The position numbers were made by a program, and so were the translations under genes. Shown here piece after piece: positions 11,101-24,530 of a stretch of 64,000 bases of DNA. Origin of the DNA: Ruditapes philippinarum. Taxonomy: Eukaryota. The stretch spans positions 1 to 64,000 of the forward strand of contig NW_026865317.1 in assembly GCF_026571515.1 (NCBI RefSeq). The letters are read 5' to 3'. Within the stretch, counting starts at the first letter, position 1. Every line of letters begins with the position of its first letter. The notes under the pieces are model-generated. The model saw nothing but the letters and a program-made list of their open reading frames with translations. It was not told the origin of the DNA and did no database searches.

Positions 11101-14100
11101 ATACGTTATGAAAGGCTTAATTAATGGGAATTGTGAAATTTCACCAGAATTGTGAACGGGTCCATCGGACCCAGTTTGAAAATTGTGAAGGTCCGTTTGT
11201 GATTGTGAATGGGTCCGTTATTTGGTACCACTTATATAGGGAAAAAAATCCCTGATACATGACATGTGTTAAAGAAATATGCAATGAGTAGATCATTCTA
11301 TAACATTAAAATCAAGTAATGTCATGTGATTAAAATCACACACAATAAATCTGTAATGCTTGCTTATATTAATAGGTGAACTTGCTTGGAGAGAAGGTGG
11401 TTGACCCTCTGATCCATTGCTGTGAAATCTGCTCTCTACCAATCCTTATCTATGGTAGAATGGTGAGTCTGTGCATTATTTTCCTATTGAAAACATGTAT
11501 CTTAAATATTAGACATTTGTACTAGATATGTTTATAAATTTATTCTAAAATATTCTGATTATTGATTTGGGGGAAAATTCTTGTTATCAGGTGGCTTCAT
11601 TGGCAAATGTTTCCATCAAATACTTTAACTATGTTACAACAATGAACCCTTAGAGTTATTAATAGGCATATTGTTTCCAAGATATGCTTGAATTTTTATG
11701 CCCCCACAATGTGGGAGCATATAGCGTTGCACTTGTCCGTCCGTCCGCACTCACAGGAGAGTAATTATGTGGCTAGAGGGACAATAGGTAACTGTTCTTT
11801 CTCTTTGATGTCATTCATTCCGTAATGCTTTTATGTGGCTATTTTCTTTTGTGTGGCTAAAAAGAACAAGAGAGAACAATAGAGTAGCCACATAATTACT
11901 GTCCTGTGAGAACTTCCGTCAGTCCGTCCGTCCCGAAATCTTGTGAACGCAACTCTTAAACCGGATAACAGATTTTGCTTAAACTTACAGGGATGAACAA
12001 CCATAATGTGTAGATGGTAGTAAAGGAAGGAATTTTCGCTGCGACCAAATTTAACAGAATTATGGCCTTTTGTTGATTTTTTCACTAGATACTATGTAGA
12101 AATTTTGTGAACGCAACTCCTCTTAAACCGGATAGCAGATTTTGCTTAAAACGGCTTCCACGGCCCCTTGTTTACATGTTGTGCGAAATAATTATGCGCT
12201 TCTGTGTTAATTACATACATTTTACTATTGGAGGCTTCTCTTTCTAATGAAATTTCCATTTATTTATGACAGTACATAAATATTGTTTGAATACTTACTT
12301 TAAAATTCCACTGCCTATTGGAAAGCATGTTATACATGATAGTACTGAACAGTATGCATACTGTATACATTGTAAATTTATGTTTACCATTACAGATACA
12401 GTGTAAGCATGTGTTCTGTTTTACATGTGCCAAGAAGACAGAGAAAACCTGTACAAGGTAATTGTTGTTCTCAAATGTTGATATTTTTCACTCATTTGCT
12501 GCCATTTCTTTCAAGAGGACTTAGTAGCACTGTATCATTTTGTTAAAGGAACTCAACTGAGGTATTTTCACATGAAGGAATTTGAAATATATTTTTCAAG
12601 AATTCTGTGTCATTTGCTGAAGGTCTGGACTAATACAATGTAACTTGTGTGAAAAATTTCATTATTTGCTCTCGCACTTTTTAGCTCGACTATACGAAGT
12701 ATATGGAGAGCTGTCCTACTCGCCCGGGCGTCCGCGTCCAGATTTTAGATTAAAGTTTTGGTGCAGTAAAATATTTTTCACTGTAACTTTGTCATTTCTT
12801 AACGTATCAACTTCAAACTTCAAATATATGTTCCTTATCATCAACCACATCTTATGTGATAAGGTTCATAACTCTAGCACCAATATTTTCAGATTTATCT
12901 CCCTTTGAACTTAGAATTTTCCTTAAAAAATACAATTTTTTACTGTTACTTCTTTATTTCTTAAGGGATCAACCTCATACTTCAAATATATGTACCTTAT
13001 CATCATCCCCATCTTATGTGACAAGGTTCATAACTCTAGCACCAATATTTTCAGATTTATCTCCCCTTGAACTTAAAATTTTCCTCAAAAAATACTATTT
13101 CTTACTGTTACTTCTTTATTTCTTAAGGGATCAACCTCATACTTCAAATATATGTACCTTATCTTCATCCCCATCTTATGTGTCAAGGTTCATAACTCTA
13201 GCACCAAAATCTTCAGATTTATCTCCCCTTGAACTTAGAATTTTCCATCAAAAGTATTATTTTTTACTGTTACTTCTTTATTTCTTAAGGGATCAACTTC
13301 ATACTTCAAATATATGTACATTATCATCATCCACATTTTATGTGAAAAGGTTCATAACTCTAGCACCAATATTGCAAGAATTATCTCCCCATAAACTTAG
13401 ATTTTTTTTACTAGAAAATGTTATTTTTTACTATAACTTTTTTATTTTTTAAAGGTATCTACCTCAAACTTCAAATACTTATTCCTTATCATCAATTACA
13501 TTTTATGTGACAATGTTCATAACTCTTGAAGCAATATTTACAGATTGATCTCTCTTTGAACTTAGGATTTTCTTTAAGAAATATAATAACTTCTTTACTT
13601 TTTAAGGTACAATGTATCTATTCAAACTTCAAATATATATTTCTTATCATTACACAAATGTTGTGTGACAAGGTCCATAACTCTAACATGACTATTTCTA
13701 GAATTATTCCCCTTGATCTTGGAATTTATGTTAACAAATGTTATTTTTTTACTATAGCTTCATACATAATTATACATAATTGATTTTTCTTTCATAGTTT
13801 TGTCCTCCTTACTGCGTCCAGTATTTTATTAGTCGAGCTTCGCTGTCTCCTGTGACAGCTCTTGTTAAAGAATAATTTCTATTGTGTAAAATAAGCTGAA
13901 TTTGATACCAAGTATACACTTTCATTATTTTTTCATACTTTTTCATTTCAAGTGACAATTTGAAATGATATATTCATAAAATCTAATGAACTTACACCTC
14001 ATTTAAGCTCCTCTAAGATGTTTTGTTAAATGTTTTGAAGTTCTATGAATGCTAGGGGTTATATTAACATCATATGTTAGTATGAATGTAGGCCCCTTTT

Positions 14101-17100
14101 TATACGCCCGTTTGAAAAACGGGACGTATTATGGGAACGCCCCTGGCGGGCGGTCGGGCGGGCGGGCGGGCGGCGTCCAATTTTGTCCGGAGCATATCTC
14201 CTACATGTATGGAGGGATTTTAATGAAACTTCATATAAATGTTCACCACTATGAGGAGCAGTGTCGCACACATGAACCAGGTCTCTAGGTCAAAGGTCAA
14301 GGTCACACTTAGAGCTCATTGAAAAATGCTTGTCCGGAGCAAAACTTCCACATGTATAGAGGGATTTCAATATTACTTGGCACAAATGTTCACCATTGTG
14401 AGGCGGAGTGTCGCGTGCAAGATTCAGGTCCTTGCGGCCAAGGTCAAGGTCACACATAGAGGTCAAAGTTCAGATAAAAATATGAAGATGTGTATATGGA
14501 CCATTTAATCATCATTAATTGAGGGATTGTAACACAAATGGTCATTATCAAGACTATGGCTGTGATACATATAATTTAGGTCAATATATACAAGGTCAAG
14601 GTCACTAAAGATGATGAAATATCCAGATTTTGTAAATAGAATTTAATCAAAGGGAGACAACAAAGTTATTACTTTGTTCATAAATGACTTACACAATTAC
14701 TCCCCTTGATCTAAAAATAGAATTTAATCAAAGGGCATGAAATAATCCTCTTTCTTGGACTTGAGTATGTTGTAAAGAATGTAACATTTATTTACACATG
14801 TTTCATTCATTGGTCAAGATTCTTAACTGTGATAACTATGGTGTTCTGTAGACTTGGTATTTGTTCATAAAGATCATACAGTAATTACCTTATCAAATGT
14901 AAATACTTTCTCATAGAAATTTAATTATATTTTAATTTTCAAGTAAATATCAGTTCAGCTCATTCAAAGATTAAGAATTGTAATGAAATGTATTTCCCTA
15001 GAATAAAATCTTAAATCAGAATTTTTTAGTTATTAAATTACATGTACTTTTTATACGCCCGTTTAAAAAAAGATAAAAATATGAAGATGTGTATAGGGAC
15101 GATTTAATCATCATTTATTGAGGGATTGTAACACAAATGGTCATTATAATGACTACGGCTGTGACACATGTACTTTAGGTCAATATATGCAAGATCAAGG
15201 TCACTAAAGATGGTGAAATATCCAGATTTTGTCTGGAGCATATCTCATACATGTATGGAAGAATTTTTATAATACTTTATGGAAATGTTCACCACCATGA
15301 TATGTATTGCTCCATGCATGATCCAGGTCTCCAGGTCAAAGGTCAAGGTCACACTTAGAGCTCATTGAAAAACGCTTGTCCGGAGCAAAACTTCTACATT
15401 CATAGGGGGTTTTCAATATAACTTGGCACAAATGTTCACCATTGTGAGGCTGAGTGTCGCATGCAAATTCAGATCCCTGCGACCAAAGTCAAGGTTACAC
15501 TTAGAGGTCAAAGTTCAGATAAAAATTTGAAGATGGTTATAGGGACCATTGAGTCATCATTTATTGATGGATTGTAGCACAAATGGTAACTATCATGACT
15601 ACAGGTGTTACACATTTAATTTAGGTTAAAATTTGCAAGGTCAAGGTCACTGGAGATGATTAAATATCCAGATGTTGTCCGGAGCATATTTTCTACATGC
15701 ATGGAGGAATTTTAATGTTACTTTTATAGAATTGTTCACCACCATGAGACGTAGTGCCCTGCACATAAACCAAGTCTCTAGGTCAAAGGTGAAGGTCACA
15801 GTTAGAGCTCATAGAAAAACACTTGTCTAGAGCAAAACTTCTACATGCATAGAGGGATTTCAATATAATTTGGCACAAATGTTCATCATTGTGAGGCTGA
15901 GTGCCGTGCATAAAATTCAGGTCCCTGCAACCAAGGTCAAGGTCACACATTCTGTGCATATCTTCCCTATTGATTTGTTTTAAGGTTCATTTAACAACAC
16001 AGTGCCAAGAATAAAAACTTGCTTGCTAGATAACACTTATCCATAATGCCCCCATCTCCATCTAAAGCTTTTTCGTAAACGGGCGTATTTTGTGACTATG
16101 GCACCCTTGTTACTCATTTGAACCGTAACAAAATAAAATTGAAATAAAATGAAAATCAATTGAAAATAAATTAAATTCATTGCATTTTACAAATTCACTT
16201 GTGTGGAGAGAGACAAACAATACATGCTGAATAGATTTTTTTCTTTGATGTTTCAAATTTAAGGCAGGGCATGTACCATACATTCAACACTTAAAAATGT
16301 TAACCAATCAGTCTTGAAGTTAAATATTTTCTGTCAGTCCCCACTTCTTAATAACAGTGTAGTTGATTACTCAATGTCTCAATTAACTTAAAGAAAAATT
16401 ATGGTTAAAGTGACATTATGCCCATCAAAATAGTAGGCATAAAGTTCAAAGTCAAAATAACTTACGATTTTGTCATAATTGTTTTCAGTTTTACAGATGT
16501 GTAGTCAGTAGTACATAATTAATAACCATGTGACTCAGAGAAAAATCCCTATATCATTCCTAATGTATCATTAACGATCATTTTATCAAATGAGTGAGGC
16601 AGTCTTTTTATGTTCAAGGCAGTCGTTATATTTTATCCTAAAGCTTTTCATTATCAATTATTGGTCAATAGACATTGTCTTTTAATCTTTGTTAAATATA
16701 TAGCCAGTTCTGCTCAATTTGACAGCCAAAAAGAAAATGTGCATAATGACTCTTTGAAATACTTCTGAAAATCATGTAATGAAATATGCTGATACAATTA
16801 GCATATAATTATTATTAGATGCTACAGCAGTAGTCTGGTAAAGTTTTACTTGTAAGTAAAACATATATATGATTTTTATGTCGATTTATGTTTGATTTGC
16901 TTTTATCTCTTTGTAACTGTTGAAATTTAACATCCCTTGTAAATTTGTAACCAAAAATTGATAAGGGCTTTGCATTCTACCTGCACATTGTGTTTTACTT
17001 GGTAATATTTCTGCATAGTATTAATAAAGATAACAATTTATTGCAGGTGTGGGGATCCTGTACAAAGGATAGAGCAGTCTGCACTTGGTACAGTATTTCT

Positions 17101-18049
17101 TTGTACATATGGAGGCTCGAAACATGGTTCTAATGGCTGTAGAAGAACGTATCTGTCACAGCGTGATCTCAATGCACATATTGGTCATAGACATTTGAAA
17201 CACGAGATCAAAGATGCCAACTTATCTCTTGCTGCCCAGAAAGCTGGTGCAGTACTAACAGCACCAAAGGTGTCAGTTAACCCATCGCCCTCGCAGCCTG
17301 CTCAGCAGCAGGCATTCTTAGAGCAGTTTACGTCAGCAATACGTCAGGTAGCTGCTGCAACAGCTGTTGCTGGACGAGCGACACAGGAAGGCTTATACTT
17401 ACAAGGGCAGGTTGGAGGTGTTCAGCACAGTTTGCCTATTTCTACATCACACCAACCACAATTAGCTTCTGGACTTCCTTCCCAGCAAATGTATTCACAT
17501 GCTGGGTCAATAATGCAGAGTTTACCATCTTCACAACCAATGCTGTCTCAAGCGACCATTTCATCGACAGCTGATAATTATACGTCAGCTATACCAGTAG
17601 TCGGCTCCAGAATTAAGACACTTATAAGTGTACCTATACAAGATGATGACTATACTAAAAAACAACAGACTTATCAGACTCATCCGGTAGCTGGAGCAAC
17701 AATGCCAAACATGAACTACCCACCACCATCATTGGGGCAGTACCCTGTGGGAAGCATTGCTCCAAATATACACCAGCCACCCCCTGGTGTACCACCTCCT
17801 ATGTTTTCAAGTCAAACAATCCCTAGTTCATCATTTACAAGCCGCCACCCGGGCCTGTTTTCCACAGATGATTCAATCAGGGCCACCAAGAGGCCCACCT
17901 ACAATGGGTGCATTACCTGGCGCACCTCGTTTCTTTGACAATCAAGGTCCACCACGAGGCCCTTGGGAGAGGTGCACCTCCAAGAGGACCTGGAGGTCCC
18001 ACCTCATCCTTCAAGAGGGCCTCCTAGGGCAGATTATAATTACTATTAA
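5190..18049 (+). CDS. CBLL1: E3 ubiquitin-protein ligase Hakai (RING + C2H2/HYB domain; m6A writer complex subunit)
   Basis: Phase-consistent exons 5190-5205 (MDASA), 7575-7745, 10098-10186, 11376-11462, 12396-12457, 17047-end. Peptide [66 protein letters not shown]...[20 protein letters not shown] is diagnostic. As assembled the frame stops at 17938; the Pro-rich tail continues through frameshifts to TAA 18047-18049. Confidence 0.95.
5557..6176. mobile_element. Non-autonomous DNA transposon with 8-bp TSD
   Basis: AGTGAATT at 5549-5556 and 6177-6184; four (CAG/CAA)CTCGGC-type repeats at the left end mirrored by GCCGAGTTG-type repeats at the right end. Confidence 0.8.
6341..6363. repeat. Poly-C run (23 nt)
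   Basis: Directly visible in CBLL1 intron 1. Confidence 0.9.
7170..7430 (+). mobile_element. SINE family S1 copy
   Basis: A/B-box-like head (GTGGTTAAGG, GTTTGAATCC) plus shared core and CATATGACC tail. Confidence 0.75.
8092..9864 (+). mobile_element. HINE-like element carrying about 12 tandem units of about 145 bp
   Basis: Starts in a T-run with TAGCTCACCTGAG, then a GTCC-type microsatellite and array; ends TCAGGTGAGC plus hairpin GGCCATCATGGCC and CTTGTT. Subterminal inverted repeat plus 3' stem-loop is the DINE-1/HINE layout. Confidence 0.85.
10743..11254. mobile_element. Non-autonomous DNA transposon with CAG termini (hAT-like)
   Basis: CAGCGATTTTTTT...AAAAAAATCCCTG; ATTGTGAA subterminal repeats at both ends; flanks ATACT/ATACA. 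Confidence 0.7.
11695..12150 (+). mobile_element. Truncated HINE-like element with a nested 167-bp MITE (11747-11913)
   Basis: TTTATGCCCCC..GCATATAG..CTTGTCCGTCCG head; the insert has 26-bp TIRs (25/26 match). Confidence 0.7.
12682..13865 (+). mobile_element. HINE-like element with about 6 tandem 162-bp units
   Basis: GCTCGACTA ... TAGTCGAGC subterminal IR, 3' hairpin GCTGTC..GACAGC, CTTGTT end; AAGGTTCATAACTCT at 12861, 13023, 13185, 13347. Confidence 0.85.
14100..16110 (+). mobile_element. HINE-like element with composite internal repeats and a second 5' end at about 15050
   Basis: ATACGCCCGTTT ... AAACGGGCGTAT subterminal IR, (GGGC)n microsatellite, repeated GGTCAAGGTCACA modules. Confidence 0.8.
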
Positions 18050-18817
18050 ACTGGTATATTTAAATGTAAATAGCAAAGTTAAAAGTTTAGAAATTAATTT
18101 GTGAAAGACACTCTTAACAGAATTATGTGAGCATTGTATATTTTTTTTGCACAAAATTGAATTTTTCATTGTATAAGAAAATTCCTTCATTGACTTTGAA
18201 TTATCAGAATTTTTTGTTTTGATTTTATTCATTGTTTCTCTTTATTTTACGAAATAAATTTATCAGGAATGTACAAAAACTAATTGATATTTTTTTGTAA
18301 AAAAGGTTTTTCAATGTATGTTTGTCTTGGATCATGGATTAATTATTTCTGAATCACGTTGTATCTTTTTGTTGTTTAAATCACTTCAGTAAATTATACC
18401 AAAAAATGTTAATGTTATGTAAGTCATCAATAAGCATTCAATTATTGTTCTTGTGTTCACAAAATAAAGAAACAAAGATTTTTATTCCTTTTTATTTAGT
18501 TTTAATAACACACTGATGTTTGTGTCCCATCAAAAATTCTGTCACTGATGAAGGGATTTATAATTACGTTAAAATGTGCGAGGAATAATAAACCTCTTGC
18601 AGAGCAATAGAATTTCCCTACCTCAAAGGTCAAGGTCACACTTGTAGATCAAGTCATGATATGAAGTTTAAGAAATGAATACTGATGTCTTGTCTAATCA
18701 ACATGTCTGTCATGATGGATGGATTAAAGAATTGTTATGCATAAATATGACAACATGTGGAGCACACGAGAATTGTGTCCCTACCTCAAAGGGCAAGGTT
18801 ACACTTGTATTCCAAAG

Positions 18818-18980
18818 CAGGGCTTCCGTAAATGGAAGTCTGGGAGTCATTTACTCCTTAAATTTGGCTTGTGACTTCCAAAATGTCATTCTTATTCTTC
18901 TTTTCTATATAGTGTGACTTCCAAATTTAGAGATTTTGTTGTCTCTAACTTCCAAATTTTGGAACGTAGTGGAAGCCCTG
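18818..18980. mobile_element. hAT-type MITE
   Basis: TIR CAGGGCTTCC/GGAAGCCCTG with perfect 8-bp TSD TTCCAAAG (18810-18817, 18981-18988). Confidence 0.88.
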
Positions 18981-21900
18981 TTCCAAAGTCATATGAAATT
19001 TTTTCATTCAAGAGAATTGATGGTTCTGTCCAGTCAACAATTCTGCCATTCCTGGATGGATTTTAAAATAATTTGGCATAGATGTGTAAGACATGATAAT
19101 AATATGTCCCGAATATTGGTCAAGTATCAGTTCAAAGGTCAAGGTTAAATGTGAGTCATACTTAAGATTGTGAGTAGGTTGTCTTCTTTTGTGCATAGCT
19201 TTTGTCATTCATTGGTGGACTTTGAAATAATTATGCATAGATATGCTGCTTATTAAGATGATATGTAATGAACGGAATTTAGCTCAGAAGTCATGATATG
19301 ACAGTGCATTGATAGTCATGTCCATCCATTTTTGTCGTCATTTAGTGACAGATTTTGTTTATAACTTTGTTTAAAGAGATAAGGTTCGTTAAAAACTATT
19401 TGTGATGAGATTGTAGCTTAAAGATTAAGGTCATACTAAGTCTTTTTTCATAAAAATACATCAATGGTTAAATCCAGTCAACAATTCTGTCATCCTGAAT
19501 GGATTTTGAAATAACTATGCATACTTCTGTGGCACATAAGGAAAACTTGTTGCATTCAAAGGCTAGGTCGACAGTTTATAAAATGATGGTTGTACAAAGT
19601 GAAAGTCAAAATACTTCATTGGTGGTTGTGTCATATTTTTGTCATTCATTCATGAATGCGATTAGAAATAATTGGGCTTACTGAAAATTAGAAAATACTT
19701 GTTTATGTTTCTATATTATTGAAATACTGTTTTTAAAGTAACAAAGCCTTTGATGCAAGTCAAGGTCATGGTTCCCCTACTGGGTCCAGCTTGTGGGGCA
19801 TTTGTTTCCAACGACAGTTCTTGTTTGTTAGTTTATACACATTCAATGAGAGAAAGCAAAGTTATTTGGGCACATGGTCATTATATTCGACACCACATTT
19901 AGGTTGGAGGAGAGTTGATATATAATAAATTTGTACTTGTGTAATGAATACATACAGAAAAAGCCCTGCAAGATTCAAATGTATTCCCATTTCTTTTGTG
20001 CGTGCAATAACTATAACGGGTATTTTTATTGAAAACCTCGGATAGCAAGCCACAATAATAACATTCCATTATTTATTTGAGAGCATGAAATTAGATAGGG
20101 TATCTATACAAAACTGGCAAAGTACTTATATGAAGATAATGGCATTGGCTTAAAGGTTCAAGACAACCTCGATGATTCCTTTTTTCTGCTATTCAGTATT
20201 GTTAACCTAGTCCTGTAAATATGATGTTATTTTGAGAAAAATGGACCTTTCAGTGTTTTACAATTTTATGCAAATTGGCTGCACTTAAGTAGTACAATCA
20301 CTGGTTTACACAAAAAATACAGTGTTGAGTTTGTGAGCAAGTGATCCAGCAAAGAACAGAAAAGGTAAGGCTAAAATTTTCCACTGCAAAATACAGGAAA
20401 GATCCCATAAAAAATTTTTAGGCAAAGAAGAGTATAATTTTTTATAAATAATTGTATGCCAAAAAAACATTTGTATTGAGTTAATTTATGTATCATACCG
20501 AGTTAAAGTGTCAAAACTTTGCATCCCCAATTTAACGGTCAATTAAGCAATAGTGACTATTGCAATTACTTACTATAAAAAGGAAAAGGGTGCACAAGAA
20601 AAAAAAAACAACACTTAATATATTGATCATTTACAAATATTTTATTTAGGAAACATACTGTAAAAATATTGAAATCTAATGATATGTAAAATATAATATA
20701 CTAAAAGGCTTTTAATGCATAGATATAACAAAATGACACTATAACAATTGCTTATTTTTCAAATAAACTGAAAAAATATATGTTTGTAAATAAAATAAGT
20801 TTTTGTAGGCATTTTACAAATTTATGTAAGTTACACTGTTACTTGAGAGAGTAAACCTGCTTAACCTTCAGTATTTAAACAATGTGTACATGTATAAAAT
20901 TATGCAGATTGTGTTTCAATTAAGAATAAAGCAGTATAAATTTCGAAAATGTATAAAGACAATCTTTAATTCGAAAAGCATTAACCTTACATCATAAAAA
21001 TACCTACATTGACATTATGATAGAGGGTAAATTTCTAACCTTAAGACATCTAAGGGAGACCACTTATTTGTAGTTACTTTTCTTTTTACATTCAGTTTTG
21101 TCCCTTGTCATGGAAGAATGTTTTCACCATTATGCCGATCTTTTTTTTGAAATGATTAACAACGCATATAACTTGACTATGTAATACACATACATTGTAT
21201 ATTCTAGTGTAATATTTTACCATGAGAAAAAATAAACAAGCAAGTTGCGTTACTAACTATATACATGTAAATTATGCACACAACACTGTCATCATGTAAA
21301 CAGTCTATACCACTACTAAGAGATCATAACTATTCACAACTGGAATGTTGGTACACCTGAAAATATACAAAAATTCTACTTCAGTTTTCATGTTCTGATT
21401 TCATAAAGTATTGGACAGAGTTAGAGGTCTACAGTGACAAACATTTAAGTTAATGGAGCATTAGACTGTTGCCTAAAGCATTGAATGCATGTCTTATTAT
21501 AGATACATGTGGGTCTGGTAAAATGACCTTTATTAGGGCAAAATTACGTTTTTAGAGTCCAAAAATTTCCAGCATTAAACTGCCTTAACACTTATAATGT
21601 TATATTGAAGAATGGCAATGCCATGTGTTTAGAATCGAGTCAGTTTAGAATTATTTCCTTATTTCTTAAAGGTCAATGCTTTTCAAAAAGTTAATAATCA
21701 ATGAGTTCCAGCAGACAAATTAATAGCTTTGTATAATAGCTTTTATTAAAGATGTGGTTTATATCAAGTCCATTTTTAAGAAAGGAGACCTTAAATTCTT
21801 TAACAGCTACACTTTTCAAAACATAAGACCATCCTACTTTTACAGCCAACAACTTACAAGTTGTCTAATTAACTGAGTTCTACTGTATATCTGCATTTTA

Positions 21901-21997
21901 TGCAGCCAGGCGTCGATGCAGCTGTTGATGAACAAAAAAGATTTACCTTGAATAATGAGTAATGATTCTAATGAATGAGATTCAATCAAGCAGCCTT

Positions 21998-23609
21998 TCA
22001 GCGGTGCTTCTTTTTCTCCCTTTTACCACCTTTTTTCATTGATGTTTGTGGAGATGTGGCACCAGACTTTGTCTCTTGAACAGGCTCATCAAGTGGCTCC
22101 TAAAATATGATAATAAATAATTATATAATCATTCAGGTCTAGGATTTTATCCATGTTTACATCATTACATGAACCGACTGTAAATTTGTAAATAATTTAC
22201 CAATTTATTAAAAGATTATTCAGTTCATAAGTTTACAGGCATGATGGGGTATAAAATTTGCTTCAACAATTATTCAAAACACTGAATACATCATTACATG
22301 TGACTTGGATAAAAGCCGGACAGTCGGACCGGTCCGGAATAAAAACTGTCGGACCTAATGAAAATTTATTGGACATGTCCGTCGGACTGACATATTTCGG
22401 GAAGTCTGGTCACATCCTGGGTACCCCTGGGAACAGTATTAGGTCCTTTGCTTTTCCTCCTTTACGTCAAAGACCTAGCAAGGTACTTGACTTCTACCAG
22501 CCGCCTATTTGCTGACGACAGCCTGATTTACAGAAGAATCAACTGAGAAGCCTTAACGCACTAGCTCTCCAAGAAGACCTAGGTCGACTCCATAAATGGG
22601 AACGCAAGTGGATGATGTCCTTCAAACCCAGCAAATTTGAAGTAATACACATCACCAAGAAAAGGAACCCCATCATTCATGCCTACATGGTCCACCAATC
22701 ATCAACTCTTCGTTCAGTAAAAAGCGGAAAGTACCTTGGTGTCAACACCGCAAATAATCTCTCATGGAATATACACACAGAATCTACCATCAAGAAAGCC
22801 AACAACTCCCTATCATTCCTTAGAAGAAATATCACAAGCTGCCCACAAAACATCAAGGCCAAGACCATTGTCAGACCCATCCTGGAGTACACAGGCACAG
22901 TCTGGGACCCACACACAGCCACCAACATCAACCAGCTGAAAGGTGAGCTGCCCGATTTGTAAAAGGTGACTACAAGACTACCAGCATCATCAATGCAAGG
23001 ATGGCAGACCGAGGATGGCCAACACTACAGCATCACCGCTCCAATGCCAAGCTAGTGATGGTCTACAGAATCACGCACAACCTTATAGCCATCCCAGCTG
23101 CATAGTACTTCCAGTTCCACTGCCTGACACTTGGTGGCCATGGCTACGGCCCAATTAGAAGAACTGACACCATGAAGTTCTCCTTTGTACCCTCGGCCAT
23201 CCACCTTTGGAACAAGCTTCCACAGCAGTCAGCCACCGGTCAGCCTCGAGGCTTTCAAGGGAGGTGGACTAAACATAGGGCCCTAATATGCCAGAGTTGA
23301 TTTTATTTTTAACCTGTTCTTCTTTAAAACTTGCACTTATTCCCCGCAAAACACTTTGTACATACACCCTGTACGTTAATGCACCACAGCGGATTATGTA
23401 CATACTGGGTGGGGCTTGTCACAAACTTTTACAAATTCTTAAAATTTACAATCATTTCAACAACAAATAATATTTACCTCCTCATTTTCACTTTGAGGTA
23501 TGAATACCACAGCGAATATACACACTAACTGAAATATTGCACCCAGAAACAGGCCATAATAAAGGAAATTGTCCAAAAATGTTGGCTCGTCTATTGTTAG
23601 AGTAGACAT
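21998..23609 (-). CDS. MANBAL: Protein MANBAL (UPF0239 family small membrane protein), 77 aa
   Basis: Exons 23609-23478 and 22099-21998 with a GT-AG phase-0 intron: [77 protein letters not shown]. The [16 protein letters not shown] motif and basic tail match MANBAL. Confidence 0.93.
22500..23275 (+). mobile_element. 5'-truncated degenerate LINE (CR1/Jockey group) RT fragment in the MANBAL intron
   Basis: [54 protein letters not shown], with stops and frameshifts. Confidence 0.88.
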
Positions 23610-24039
23610 GTTGAAAACTTGTTTGCTTGATTAAATCAGAATATATTCTGTTCATGGAAAGGCATATGACCACTAAATTCATTATTTAAAAAAAAAACAA
23701 GTATGCAGGTTGAATAACAGATCTATGTCAATATATAATGAAATAATATTGCATGTCATAAAACAGACACAAAATAAAAGATACAAGCTTTATGATTTAA
23801 TGAATTTGATAAATAGTCACGTCAAACTTTTAGTTTTTAGGGCGACTCGGGTGTGCCTAAAATAGTAAAGAGATCGAAGTGTAAAGTAGCAAAAAGTCAA
23901 TTAATTTCTTCTTTTGAAAGGAAATAATGAAATTTAAACCTTAATTTGTGCACTAAATTCCTGCCTAAATTTAACTCTCGTAAGAGGGGTTGGTAGTATC
24001 CAGAGATAGATAGATAATTTTCGCTTTGTGAAAAAAAAA

Positions 24040-24530
24040 ATTAAGTGGATTCTTCCCAATTCTTTAGATTAAATTTCGTGTAACAACAAATTTCAGACCC
24101 ATATCCTAAAATATACCCAATGAAAGCATCAAATAATTGACATACTATCCTAGGTTTAAGATCAAACTTTTAACAATTGTAAAACAAAACTTTAAGAGCT
24201 TTTAAAGCTTTCCCTGCCAAGTGTTCCTGGTTAAGCGAAAAATTGCCTGTATAATTAAAAACAGTACCTCAATAATTAAAATCATTCACAACTTCTAAAA
24301 TTTGGCCATCATAGGTCCAGTTCTCATTTTGTAATAACCCCCTCGTTTTCGAAAAAAACATTATTTTTGTTTTGCTGGTATTTACTTTTAATCCCCATGA
24401 AGAGCATTATGAATGTAAAAGATCCAAATGGTTTTGCAGTTCCAATGGTGACTTGCCTAAGATGGCCATGTGGATATTGTCAGCAAATAACAGTTAAATC
24501 AAAATAACATCGTCGAATGACAGTCCTGAT
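24040..24530 (-). mobile_element. Degenerate non-LTR retrotransposon RT fragment
   Basis: Minus translation LLFAD..LQNHLD..WGLKVNTSKTKIMFFRKRGG..WTYDGQILEVVNDFNY*G..QLFDAF..YGSEI, with stops. Confidence 0.8.

Noticed and set aside
12856-13452. 198-aa ORF with 54-aa repeats
   Set aside because: By-product of a 162-bp tandem unit inside an intronic element; no domain or splice support.
17835-18010. Programmed ribosomal frameshifting in CBLL1
   Set aside because: Three consecutive shifts with no canonical slippery heptamer; homopolymer errors are far simpler.
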